A stretch of DNA of 64,000 bases from Octopus vulgaris (taxonomy: Eukaryota), in the NCBI GenBank assembly GCA_951406725.2, contig OX597827.1, positions 70,308,001 to 70,372,000 on the forward strand, read 5' to 3'. Position numbers and translations under genes: made by a program. Of this stretch, positions 38,294 through 50,493 are shown in pieces (within the stretch, counting starts at the first letter, position 1; the number at the start of each line of letters is the position of its first letter). The notes under the pieces are model-generated. The model ran no database searches, was not told where the DNA came from, and saw only the letters and a program-made list of their open reading frames with translations.

Positions 38294-40363
38294 ATGCCGA
38301 AGGAGGACGCGGAAGCGTATTCCAATCCGTTGCCTCCTGCAGATTACAACGCAGAGGTAGGTGACGATGCTCATCCGTTGACGAATGAAGATTTCCGTAA
38401 ACTTTTGATGACACCCCGAGTGGCTGCCGGATCCTCGTCCAGCGGCCACGTTTCTTTGTCAGCGTTATCCTCTTCAAGGAGTTCTGCGTCGGCTGCCGCC
38501 GCTGCTAATGCGGGGTCCGCATCCTCTGCAAGCCACGATCTGTCTGGCGGGGCTGCAGGCTCGTCCGGTTTGGGGTCTGCCAGTGGAGCCCACGGTGGAT
38601 TAGGTTCCGGAGTCAGTGAACTGGGAAGTTCTGCGACCGGTGCCGGTGCCGGGGATGATGGCGGGAATCTGTCCGGTTACGAAGATGCTCACGAGTTGGG
38701 AGAACAGGACGATGATGACCCGGCGACCAGGAGACGGAAGAAAAAAAGTTACTACGCCCGATTGAAACGTCTCGAGGAGGACCGACAGAAAGAACTAGCC
38801 CAGAAGTACAGGGATCGAGCGAAAGAGAGAAGAGATGGGTTAAACAGGGATTACGCCGAGACTGAAATTATTAGCACCACGGCTGATTACCGTGCCGTGG
38901 CCCCAGATGCTAAATCTGGCGAAAACTACGCCGAACGGCGTAAACAGATTATCCAAGAGTCCAAATACCTCGGAGGTGACATGGAACATACCCATCTTGT
39001 GAAGGGGCTTGATTATGCCCTTTTAGAGAAAGTCCGTGCCGAAATCACCAGCAAAGAACGCGAGGAGGAAGAAGAGCTTGAGAAGGCCCTGACACAGAAG
39101 AAAGAGAAAGAAGAAGACCCAGAGGATCAGATCTTATTCAAAACCAAGATGGGAAGGAATATTTACCGTATCATCTTCAAATCGAAGTACCCTGAGCGCA
39201 ATGAATTGTTTCTGCCGAGTCGTATGGCCTACGTGGTGGATTTAGAGGATGAATTTGCTGACTCTGATGTCCCAACAACACTTATCCGCAGCAAGGTTGA
39301 CTGTCCAGTGCCCGAATCCGACACGACATTGACCACCAATGATATTGTCATTAATAAGTTGACACAGATTCTGTCCTACTTGCGACAGGGACGCCGCGAG
39401 AACAAAAAGCTGAAGAAGAAAGAGAAAAATAAAATGAAAGAAGATGCTCGTCCAGGAAGTAATGCAGGTGGTGGAAATGGAGGCTCTGGAAGTGCAGGGG
39501 ATAAAATGCTGTTGCCTGGCCATGACGAAAGTATTTATGGTGATCTTGGTGAGTACAATCCGTCTGTGATGTCTGGTCAGTTTTCCAAGAGCAAAGACAA
39601 ACGTGATCGTAAAGACAGAGATCGAAGCGATCGCGATAGGGATCGGAGTGACCGGGATCGAGGAGACAGAGGGGACCGAGATCGTGATCGAGATAGGGAT
39701 ATGGATCATCGGGACCACGATGGAAGCTACTACAGCCGAGATAAAGACCGAAGTTCAAGTGGTATGGACCGCAGGGACAGAGACCGCAGCGACAGGGATT
39801 ATGATCGTGATAGGAGCTCGAAAAAGACTTACTTCGAGAAACCTGCTGATGAGGACGAAGACAAAGACAGAATGCCAAACTCAGCGAAGGATTTGGTAAA
39901 ATCTATCAACGAATGTTTCAAGTCATTTGCTGAAATAGAAGAAGAGAAGGAAAAAGCTGCTACGAAGAAAGAAGAGGAAAGACTGCGGAAGTTAAAGGCC
40001 AAAATGGAAATCGACAGCTATGCAGAGTGTTACCCGGGTATGATGGAATCTGCTGATGCCATCGATGATTCTGATGATGAAGTGGATTATACGAAAATGG
40101 ATCACGGCAACAAAAAGGGTCCCATAGGGCGTTGGGATTTCGACTCGCAAGAAGAGTACAGCGAGTATATGGCGAATAAGGAGGCTATGCCTAAAGCTGC
40201 TTTCCAATATGGTGTCAAGATGGCCGATGGCAGGAAAACCCGTCGTACTGGTCCCAAAGATGAGAAAGCCGAGCTTGACCGGCAGTGGCAGAAAATCCAG
40301 CGCATCATTGAGAAGCGTAAAACTACAGATGACAACTACGAGTACAAACGGATGAAGTACTAA
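38294..40363 (+). CDS. IK: Protein RED / IK (spliceosomal B-complex factor, SMU1 partner), 689 aa, intronless ORF
   Basis: Recognisable motifs LTNEDFRKLLMTPR, KYRDRAKERRDG, LGGDMEHTHLVKGLDYALL (RED_N), Arg-Asp repeat tract, YAECYPG, GRWDFD and KEAMPKAAFQYGVKMADGRKTRR (RED_C). Uninterrupted from ATG to TAA. Confidence 0.97.
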   Translation: MPKEDAEAYSNPLPPADYNAEVGDDAHPLTNEDFRKLLMTPRVAAGSSSSGHVSLSALSSSRSSASAAAAANAGSASSASHDLSGGAAGSSGLGSASGAHGGLGSGVSELGSSATGAGAGDDGGNLSGYEDAHELGEQDDDDPATRRRKKKSYYARLKRLEEDRQKELAQKYRDRAKERRDGLNRDYAETEIISTTADYRAVAPDAKSGENYAERRKQIIQESKYLGGDMEHTHLVKGLDYALLEKVRAEITSKEREEEEELEKALTQKKEKEEDPEDQILFKTKMGRNIYRIIFKSKYPERNELFLPSRMAYVVDLEDEFADSDVPTTLIRSKVDCPVPESDTTLTTNDIVINKLTQILSYLRQGRRENKKLKKKEKNKMKEDARPGSNAGGGNGGSGSAGDKMLLPGHDESIYGDLGEYNPSVMSGQFSKSKDKRDRKDRDRSDRDRDRSDRDRGDRGDRDRDRDRDMDHRDHDGSYYSRDKDRSSSGMDRRDRDRSDRDYDRDRSSKKTYFEKPADEDEDKDRMPNSAKDLVKSINECFKSFAEIEEEKEKAATKKEEERLRKLKAKMEIDSYAECYPGMMESADAIDDSDDEVDYTKMDHGNKKGPIGRWDFDSQEEYSEYMANKEAMPKAAFQYGVKMADGRKTRRTGPKDEKAELDRQWQKIQRIIEKRKTTDDNYEYKRMKY

Positions 40364-42277
40364 TCATACTCACACACACACACATGCTCATACTCACATA
40401 CATTCAAAAATCTGAAAGCTAATATGGTATTAATACAGTCTGAATGAAAGGATAAAGAACAGTATATGTGGATATTCTACAATTTGTATTAATTGTGTAT
40501 ATAATTATGAATTAGCCAAGCCTTTCTCTATCAACTGAAGCTGGCAAGGAAAATGAATGTGAAAATATGAATGCATTTACAGAGACACAATATATTGAAG
40601 AATATGTATTGATATATGTACATATATTTATATATTTCATATGTAAATATATATACCAAGTTGGATTATCATCTCGAATTGATTTTTCTTGCAAATTTTT
40701 ATCCTAACTTTCAACACTTCACTCATGCTCACAAAATGACTCAGTTTATTCGTTTACATCGACAGTGTACCTATTAAATGTGGCAGTTTTGAAGCTCCAA
40801 ACTTCAAATGAAAATGTTGGTATTTTCTCATTTGAAATCTATCCCTTGTCACCTATGATCACTAAAGGTACACCTTACTGTTACTGACTTTGGTAAAATG
40901 GATGTTCTGCTCCCTAAGCAAAGTGGACTACACAAAGATGAAAGAACCACGTTCATAAGGAAGTATCTTTTTAAGACTGTGTTTGTGTGTCTTTAACAAG
41001 CAAGAACAATGCATTATCATAATGTGGCGTCTTTACTCGGTTTGTAAAGAGTATAACATTTGCACATAGCAACATATAAGAGTGCATATTTGCTTGTCTG
41101 TTGTGTAATTTCAGGTGTCCAGATGCAGAGGAACGGCTGGGGTACATGGAACAAACATCACATCATTGTCAGTGTATTTGGAACAGAATTAGTTCAGATG
41201 CCAGTCCTTGAATTGTATTAGTATTTTGTTGGAAGGTTGCTCCTGTCTACGTGTGTGTACTTCCATTCATATCTTCAATATTCCTCCACAAAAAAATTTA
41301 TTTTGGAATATAAATAAATGTATGCCTTATTTGAAGGTAGAAAAACGAAAGTTTAATGGACTGAAAGTTACATTTGATCTTTAGTTAGAATAATTGTACA
41401 GAAAACATTTTTAGATGTAACATTTTTTTGTGTTCTTTTCTAAAAGACCAGAAATTTTTGTAATATTTTTTTCTTTTGTTGAACAATTTTTGTCATAAAT
41501 GTGAAGAATTATTTCCTAGTTCTTGGCTTGATATGTTTTTTAAATCCTTAAATCCTTAAAAATGTTTTAGCCCGAAGGCCGCAGCCATGCTGGGGCACCA
41601 CCACTGAAAAATAATTTTTGTTAATATTATTTATTTTTTTGTATTTTTGAAATTTCAATTATTCCTTTCATCATCATAATTTATTCATACTAACATTGAT
41701 CGACAAATGAAGTGAGTTCATGGCTCGCAAGACGACCTGTTATGCTAACCTTGGATTGTAGAGTTATGTGCTGTTCTTGAGGAGACCTATTGAGTCAAGT
41801 ATGTCAACACCAACATCAAAATGAAAATCAAATGGAAATTGTAGTTAAGATACCTGTGCTGGTGACACGTAAAAAGCACCGTCCGAACGTGGCAGATGCC
41901 AGCACCAGCTTGACTGGCATCCATGCCGGTGAAACGTAAAAAGCACCAACCGATCGTGGACGTTGCCAGCCTCCTGTGACACCTGTGCCGGTGGCACATA
42001 AAAAGCACCCACTACACTCTTGGAGTGGTTGGCATTAGGAAGGGCATCCAGTTGTAGAAACACTGCCAGATCAGACTGGAACCTGGTACAGCCTCCTGGC
42101 TTCCCAGACCCGAGTCAAACTGTCCAACCCATGCTAGCATGGCTGCAGTCAAATGATAGAAACAAGAGAAGGGATCCACTAGTATTTTAAGGGCCCCTGA
42201 AAAACTTTTGCTTCATATATATTGGAATGTACAAGATTTAGGTTTCTTTCTCTAACATTATACATAGTTCAACATAA

Positions 42278-42481
42278 GGCAGCAAGCTGGCTGAATCATT
42301 AGCACATCGGGCAAAATTCTTTGCTTGTTGCTACATTCTGAGTTCGAATTCTGCCAAGGTCGACTTTGCCTTTTATCCTTTCGGGGTCGATAAATTAAGT
42401 ACCAGTTGTGTACTGGGGTCAATCTAATCGACTGGCCCCCTCCTCTCCAAAATTTCAGGCCTTGTGCCTAGAGTAGAAAGG
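42278..42481 (+). mobile_element. SINE family B, full length, with ~20-bp imperfect TSD
   Basis: Flanked by ATTATACATAGTTCAACATA and ATTATACTTAGTTCAACCTA. Confidence 0.8.
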
Positions 42482-43053
42482 ATTATACTTAGTTCAACCT
42501 ACACATTTTATGAAAAATAAAATATGAATTTTGAAAGAAGTTTCTTTAAAATTAGTTTTTAAACATCGAATGATTATGGGGGGGGGGTGCACCAGAATAA
42601 AATAGTAATCAAAGGGGTACGAATGTGAAAAATGGTTGAGAACCCCTGATCTAAATCAATTTTAAAATAGGCAATTTGTATCTCAGAATTAAGGACTGGA
42701 CTGACATGAAAAGTGCCAACCCTTTCAGGTACAACATTTCTATTGAAATATTCCACTTTTGTTTCAGTTAATTTTGTAAATAATGAAAAATTAATTAAAA
42801 TTACTTTGTCATTATTAAACTGGTCTTTGGGAATATAAATCAACATTTTGATGGAAGGTTTTAATTAAGATCACTTTAAAGCAGGGAATTAGTACAACAG
42901 AACCAAGGGCAGTTTCATGCAAGTTGGTATCAAAAAGGGTTAAACACATATTCCCATACTTTTTACTAATCTCATTCACTTTGTAACTCAGATTCAATTT
43001 TCTTGACTCACGCTGACATCTTTTGTTGATGCAAGATGTACACACATATCATG

Positions 43054-44000
43054 GCACTCCATCAGTTATGACGACGAGGGTTCCAGTTGATCTGATCAAC
43101 AGAACAGCCTGCTCATGAAATTAATGGGTAAGTGGCTGAGCACCCCACAGACACATGTACCCTTAATGTAGTTCTCGGGGAGATTCAGCATGACACAGTG
43201 TGTGACAAGCTGGTCCTTTGAAATACAGGTACAACAAAAAGAGTAAGTTGTGGTGAAAGAGTATAGCAGGGTTCGCCACCACCCTCTGCCAGAGCCTCGT
43301 GGAACTTTGTAGGTGTTTTTGTTCAATAAACACTCACAACCCCTGGTCTAGGAATCGAAACTGCGATCCCACAACTGCAAATTCACTACCCTAACCACTG
43401 GGCCATTTCCACACACACACATACATCCATTTCACACAGAAAGTAATTCAAGAAAGCAGCAACCAGAGAGATATCAAGCTAAAGGACCAAGGTATGAAAG
43501 TAAAAGAAATAGTCTTGGCTCAACTGATTAGGAAGCGAATCAGATGAGGTGAGATGCAGTTTGCATTTATGTGAGGTCAGAATATATCTTTTTTCCTAGG
43601 GAGACAACTGCACAAGATTTTTTAAAACTAAGTTTGTCTACCTAGTATTCAATGATCTGGAGGTGCAATGGCCCAGTGATTGGGCAGCAAACTCATGGTT
43701 TCGATTCCCAGCCTGGGTGTTGTGAGTGTTTATTGAGCAAAAACACCTAAAGTTCCCTCTGGAAGGGCGGGGTGGCGAACCCTTCTGTACTCTTTCACCA
43801 CAACTTTCTCTCTTTCTTTCTGTTTTGGTTGTACCTGTATTTCAAAGGGGCCAGCCTTGTCACACTGAATCTCCCCAAGAACTAAGTTAAGGGTACAGGT
43901 GTCTGTGGAGTGCTCAGGCACTTGCACGTTAATCTCACGAGCAGGCTGTTCCGTTGATCGGAACAACTGGAACCCTCGTTGTAACCGATGGAGTGTCACA
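43054..44000. mobile_element. Inverted pair of SINE family C copies (43054-43408 minus; 43659-44000 plus)
   Basis: Same head and body in opposite orientations, ~250 bp apart. Confidence 0.8.
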
Positions 44001-44049
44001 ATGATTCGTTGATCTGGAAAAATCTTTTGACTGGATATCAAGCTCTGTG

Positions 44050-46615
44050 ATCTGGTAGGCCTTCATGAAATTCAGTGTAGGTGAATGGCTTCTGAGAGCA
44101 GTGCAAACTATGTACAGAGATATGTGTAATTTGACAAAGGGAGGGTTGGCGATGAGTTCAGTGGCGAATTCAGTATGCAGGTAGGTGTTCATCGTGGCTT
44201 AGTTCCCCGCTCCCCTTATTATAGTACCCCAAGCCATAACAAAGGTCTTTGAGACTGATTGTCTGTCAGAACTTGAATATGTTGGTGACATAACACTCGT
44301 AGTTGAGCCTGTGGAAGGTTTAGAGAAGAAATTCTAGAAACCGAACCTAGAATTTTGTAGACTAATATTTTGGTAAGTAGGAAAGAAGACAGGACCTCAT
44401 TACTATCTGGGAAATGTCAGTGCTTGACAAGCGGAAAAGGAGTTGGTAAAATTTCCACATATGATAAAAAAACGATAAACGTCGCCCTTTTCAAGCCTAG
44501 CCAGGCTCATGGGCCTGGTTTCCCAGTTTCTGTGGCGTATGTGTTCCCCCCAGCTGGACAGGATGCCAGTCCATCGCAGCATTACTCAAGAAACAGGAAG
44601 AGAGAGAGTTGGGGTGAAAGAGTACAACAGGGGTTGCCACCACCCCCTGTCAGAGCCTCGTGGATTTTTTAGGTGTTTTCGCTCAATAAACACACACAAC
44701 ACCCGGTCTGAGAAACGAAACCGCGATCCTCCGATCACGAGTCCGCTGCCCTAACCACTGGGCCATTGCGCTTCCACAAAATTTCCACATAGTGTATCTA
44801 AAATAAACTATAGGTACACAAGAAGTGTTGCTGTGCCACATGCAGGCTGGTAAGAAAGTAGACGTTGTATGTGGCAAGTATACAGGAGCAGTAAACAGTC
44901 AGAGCCCAGCCTTAGCAATCCTTTCTGTTATAAGTACGGGGAGTGAGAGAGCTAACTGAATGCATTGACCCCCCCCACCTCTGCTCAACTGATACTTATT
45001 TGATCAACCCTGAAAGGCAAAGTTGACCCCAGTGGAGCAAAAGATAGATTGTTTGATGCTTGTGTACAAAGTGTGATGCTGCATGGTAGTGAAATGTGGA
45101 TAATGAAAGAATTGGATGCAGAGGATGTTTGGAGGCTGAGAAACATGAAGTGAGGATGCTCCACTGGGTATTTAAGGTTAGTGTAATGATGAGGCATAAG
45201 AGAATTGAGAGGAAAACTAGATATAAATTAAATAGGCGTAGGAGTGGCTGTGTGGTAAGTAGCTTGCTAACCAACCACGTGGTTCCTGGTTCAGTCCCAC
45301 TGCGTGGCATCTTGGGCAAGTGTCTTCTGCTATAGCCCCGGGCCGACCGATGCTTTGTGAGTGGATTTGGTAGACGGAAACTGAAAGAAGCCTGTCGTAT
45401 ATATGTATATATATATATGTATGTGTGTGTGTGTTTGTGTGTCTGTGTTTGTCCTCCTAGCATTGCTTAACAACCGATGCTGGTGTGTTTACGTCCCCAT
45501 CACTTAGCGGTTCGGCAAAAGAGACTAATAGAATAAGTCCCGGGGTCGATTCGCTCGACTAAAGGTGGTGCTCCAGCATGGCCGCAGTCAAATGACTGAA
45601 ACAAGTAAAAGAGTAAAGAGTATAAGAGGAATAGGCTGAAGGTTGCTGGAGAGAAGACTGCACTGGTGTGGACTCAAGGCATTGGTCAATGCAAAGTCTG
45701 GTGGAATAAAAGAGACTTGCCTACCGAGGTTGACTTTGCCTTTCATCCTTTTGGGGTCAACAAAATAACTACCAGTTGTGTACTGGGGGTCAATGCGATT
45801 TACTAGATCCCCTCCTCTTAAATTGCAGGCCTTGTGCCTAGAATAGAAACAATATATATAGCTGTATGCAAACACTCACAATCCCTGGTCTAGGAATTGA
45901 AACCGTGATCCCACAACTGCAAATTCACTGCCCTAACCACTGGGCCATTGCGCCTCCACACACACATATACATACTTCCATTCCCCACAGAAAGCAACTG
46001 GAGAGAGTGGGGGGGTCAGTGCATTCAGTTAGCTTCCCCACTCCCCGTACCTATGCTTGACGATGGGCAGAATATGAGATTTCTGGATCTTTTCGGTTTG
46101 ACCGGCAGTTTTTTAAAATAATTTCCACGTAACTAAACACTTTTAAACTTCGTATACTGGTAGAATGTGTTTATAAAACATCTTTTTCTCTTGGCTTTAT
46201 TGAGAAAATTCTATAGTTTGTAAGATATTTGTTGTTTTTTTTTCTTCAGTTTCTACAATTTCAACCAATCAATGATGTCTATTGAGGTAAAAAAACATTC
46301 TGTGCCGTATGAAAATGTCCCTCGTTTAAGAAACAGATTGGGTTTATTTACATTTGTGAAGAAAAAAAGATACCCTTCCCCTACCCCGAACCCTAACCCT
46401 AAAACATTGAAATGCAATAGATCGATACTAGGGTCATAATTATGGGTGACAATTTCATGACACCGCTAGAAAAAACTGCCGTTCAAACCGAAAAGATCCA
46501 GATTTCTTACTTCAAAGCAGGTAAGAGTAGATGACAGGAAGGATACCTGTCTGTAAAAGAAATACCTTGATAACACATGTCTAACCCATGCGAGCATGGA
46601 AAATGGACGTAAAAG
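44050..46615 (+). mobile_element. Ancient RTE-clade LINE remnant split by nested insertions
   Basis: AVQTMYRD, QVGVHRG and RLFDACVQSVMLHGSEMW motifs in colinear order, and a 3' tail AACCCATGCGAGCATGGAAAATGGACGTAAAA. Nested SINE C at 44462-44777 has a 14-bp TSD (AAAATTTCCACATA); SINE A at 45235-45622. Confidence 0.65.
46085..46499. mobile_element. Merlin-like MITE (GG termini, 8-bp TSD)
   Basis: ~29-bp TIR GGATCTTTTCGGTTTGA[C/A]CGGCAGTTTTT; perfect TSD AGATTTCT at 46077-46084 and 46500-46507. Confidence 0.85.
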
Positions 46616-47054
46616 TGAAAAAATAAAGTTTTTTAGTGAAAACTTTGCTGCAAAACCTCTGGCTCAAATATCTTCTTTACGACCTAAAGAAAGAGCTTCT
46701 ATGTGGTCCCTCAACCAGGCTAGAAATGGCAACCAAATCTCCCTCAGGCTATACACTATCACCTTAAAAAAAAAAGATTGTTAAATAACAAAGTCCTGGC
46801 TTTCTTATACGTAAAGAAAGAGATGAGATCGTCACTGTTGGAATGTCTTTGATCATTGTTTCGTTCAAATCTTAGCTACGTTCATATATATATTATGAAT
46901 GACGGGTGTAAATTAACTCCGTGTGTGTCCTCAGAATATCGATCTACTGGAAACTGTCCAGGGACGTGCAATCACACGAACACTCTCTGTCAGTCACGAT
47001 ATCTCGAACGTCTTGCTTCTCTGGCCATCGACAAACTAATTTCAACATCTAGAC

Positions 47055-47255
47055 CAGTGGTTTTCAACCAGGGTTCCGCCAGTACAGTCCAGGGGTTCCG
47101 CAAGAAGTTACAAAACTGCTAAAATCGGCAGTAATTTTTAAGTCTCCTGTACAGATATGTGTGCAAAAGACTATTAAATTATTGCACAGGGTTTCCTCGA
47201 GCCAGTGGAATGTTTCCTTGGGGTTCCGCTCCAGCAAAAAGTTTGAAAAGCACTG
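47055..47255. mobile_element. hAT (Charlie-like) MITE inserted in a decayed CR1-type fragment
   Basis: CAGTG[G/C]TTTTCAA TIRs; perfect 8-bp TSD ATCTAGAC at 47047-47054 and 47256-47263. Confidence 0.88.
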
Positions 47256-47563
47256 ATCTAGACAACTGTCTTCTTGAATTTCAACATCACCACCCGTGGA
47301 CACGTTTATAGAAAAACACGCACACATATAACAAAAAGCAGCGAGGCAGTTTTGCAAGTTCAGATTTGTCGAAGCATGGAATAAACTGGTCGCAACAGTT
47401 GTTAACCCTTTTCTTTATTAGGCATAAAGGCCTAAATATAGAGGGGACACCACGAGGACAGACAACACAAACGTGGGGTACATATAAAAATTAGCGAATG
47501 ATTTATACGAGATGTGAAAATAAAATTATAATGATGAAAATGACTTTCTACCCAACAAAGTAG

Positions 47564-47666
47564 GGTACTACTTGAGAAGAGTGGTCCCGGTGCGCGCACT
47601 CGCGTACTCACACATCCTCACTAGCTAGTCGTGACTAGTCGGTCCTACAACGACTACCTAGCAAAG
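47564..47666 (-). mobile_element. Half copy of the CpG-rich MITE
   Basis: Matches the reverse complement of ~34197-34290. Confidence 0.8.
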
Positions 47667-48188
47667 TTTTTCTTTTTTTTCATTCCATTTTCCCATTTTT
47701 ATTTTTGGATGTCCTTATTTTATTTCATCGATCCCAGGTTGCAGTGGAGATCAAGTAAAATCGATGAAAGACAAAGTCGACTTCGGAGGGATTTGAACTC
47801 CAAATTTAAAGAACCCTAATGAAACACCCTCTACCTATCCTGACCAAGGTCGTGAGCTGGCAAAAATCCTTAAAGCCGGAATAAATGTTTTTACGGTATT
47901 TCTTCCGACTCTGTTACATTCCGAGATCGAATCCTAACGATGTCGACCTTGCTTTTTAACCTTTCCAGGGTCGATAAAATAAAGTACCAGTAAAATACTG
48001 AGACAAATGGTATCAACTAACCACTTCTTAAACATTGCCAGCCTTGTGTCTAAATCGGAAACCAATCTGGAAATCTTGTGGTGCCAAAGTCATTCATTCA
48101 ACGGAGAGAAGCAGATGTTTAAGGTAAGAAGAGTTGCATCCCTTGCAATATGAAGTTCTACAATATGAAAGTTGACATTAAAATAAAA

Positions 48189-48583
48189 TCTCTCTCTATA
48201 TAAAGCTGAAGTTGTCTGTGTGTGGCAGGTTTGGTAGTCTTCAACTAACACTATTTCCTCCGAGACCCTGCGGTGCGAGTTGACCAAAATTGAGAGTATG
48301 ATAGAAGAAGGTTTGCTCTTCCTTCTGTAGAAGAAAAAATTCAAATCAGACCATGTTAACACCAAAAATTATTTACATCAAAAAGGTGATTTTTTTTCTA
48401 TTAAAATCCCTATTTTTTACGATTTTTTGACTGCTGTGTCGCCGTTTTTCGGTGTATTTCAACCAGAAAAATGTTCACTTAAAGAGAATAAACAAGCTAC
48501 ATAATGCGAAAATTTTTACTTTTCAAAAATTCCAATTCTAAAGGGTCGAAACAAAGCCGAGCAACGCCGGGCGATACTGCTAG
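48189..48583 (+). mobile_element. Non-autonomous Helitron
   Basis: A|TC start and CCGAGCAACGCCGGGCGATACTGCTAG|T end. Confidence 0.85.
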
Positions 48584-49254
48584 TTATTAATGAAAATTGT
48601 TTCTAATTTAGACACAAGTGGGGTGGGTTGGTCGATACTTGTGACACCAGGACTTAACCAGCGTTATATTTTATCAACCCCAGAGGAGTGAAAGGCAAAA
48701 ATGACCTCAGCAAGATTCGAACACGGAACATAAGAGTTCTGGCACAAACGCTACCTATTCACCCCAGCTCGCTGTTTTTCCGATAACCCTTTCTATTAAA
48801 GGCACAAGGCCTGAAATTTGGGAGGACGGGTCTCGTTGATTACATTGGCCCCTAGTGTTCGATTAGCTCTCATTTCAACAACCGCGAGAAGATCAAAGGC
48901 AGAGTCGACTTGGGCGGATTTTGAAACCAGAAGGTACAGAGCTGGGGAAAATTCCGATAAACATTTTGTCCGACGCACTAACGATTCTGCCAGCTCACTC
49001 ACTGCCCTTTCCTTCAAATCTTGGCACAAGGTCAAATATTTTAATGGGAAGAAGCTATTCGATTACATCGACCCCTAGTGCTTGATTGATACTTTATTTC
49101 GTTGACCTCGAAAGAGTGAGAAGCGAAGTCGACCCCAGCGACATTCGAACTCTGAACATAAAACAGCCGGAAGAAATACTGCAGAGCATTCAGTCCAATG
49201 AACGAACGATTCAACCAGCCTGCCACTTTATTAAGAACAACAACAATAATATTA

Positions 49255-49260
49255 TAATGA

Positions 49261-49294
<34 letters not shown>

Positions 49295-49673
49295 GGTGGT
49301 AGTGGTGATGATGGTGATGATGATGATGGTGATGGTGATGGTGATGGTGGTGATGATGATGGTGATGGTGATGGTAGTGGTGGTTGTGGTGGTGGTGATG
49401 ATGATGATGATGGTGGTGATGATGGTGATGGTGGTGATGATGATGGTGATGATGATGATGATGATGATGGTGGTGATGATGATGGTGGTGGTGATGGTGA
49501 TGATGATGATGATGTGATGATGATGATGATGGTGATGGTGATGGTGATGATGGTGGTGATGGTGATGATGGTGATGGTAATGGTGGTGATGATGATGATG
49601 ACGACGACGACGACGACGATGATGATGATGGTGATGATGATGATGTTGATGATGATGGTGATGGCGATGATGA
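49255..49673. repeat. (GAT/GGT)n compound trinucleotide microsatellite
   Basis: Direct reading. Confidence 0.95.
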
Positions 49674-50335
49674 TTGGTATAAAAGATGGGCTACAGCAAA
49701 TATTCTGCTCAATACCACAGATTTGCTTGTCAGTTGCTTGACCTTAACCAGTTGAGCATGTCCCTTGGTGGCTGATGATATGTGCATCTCTGATCCTGAG
49801 CAGAAGTAGTGGGGGAGCATCGTAGCCGTGTGTTCAAAGGAATTGTTAGAGGTTTGGATAATTCACCTTTGGAGACTTGGGTGGTTTGTTCAACATCTAT
49901 AAACAATCCTTATTCAGGGACATTTTGAGCAGGATGAGATAATTGACCAGAAGAAAATTCTAACTGGGCCCCACCTGCAATGTCATGCGCTATTTATCTT
50001 GATATCAGATCACCCAGACAGGTAGTCATGATGGATATAATGGCTTCGTATATTTTGCCCCAGTGTCACTTTGATGGCATGCATTGCTCTCTCACTCAAT
50101 AATAATCCTTTGTACTATAGGCACAAGGCCTGAAATTCTGAGGCAGGAGGCTAGACAATTACATCGACCCCAGTGTTTTACTGGTACTTAATTTATTGAC
50201 CCTGAAAGATGAAAGGCAAAGTTGACCTCAGTGGAATTTGAACTCAGAACGTAAAAACAGATAAAATACCTTGAAGCATTTTGCCCAGCATGCTAACGAT
50301 TCAATCAGCTAGCTTCTCTAATAATAATGATGATG

Positions 50336-50402
<67 letters not shown>

Positions 50403-50458
50403 TGATGATGATTTCTTTTATCATCACACTACAAATGATAATGATTTATTTTATAATT

Positions 50459-50489
<31 letters not shown>

Positions 50490-50493
50490 TAAC

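Noticed and set aside
39242-40335. Antisense ORFs over IK, and the similar ones over both ZNF exons
   Set aside because: Shadow frames of real coding sequence. Their recurrence in both ZNF genes simply reflects nucleotide identity.
34066-47666. Composite transposon carrying IK between the two CpG-rich MITE copies
   Set aside because: The second copy's TIR faces away from IK (left-end orientation), and no shared TSD exists.
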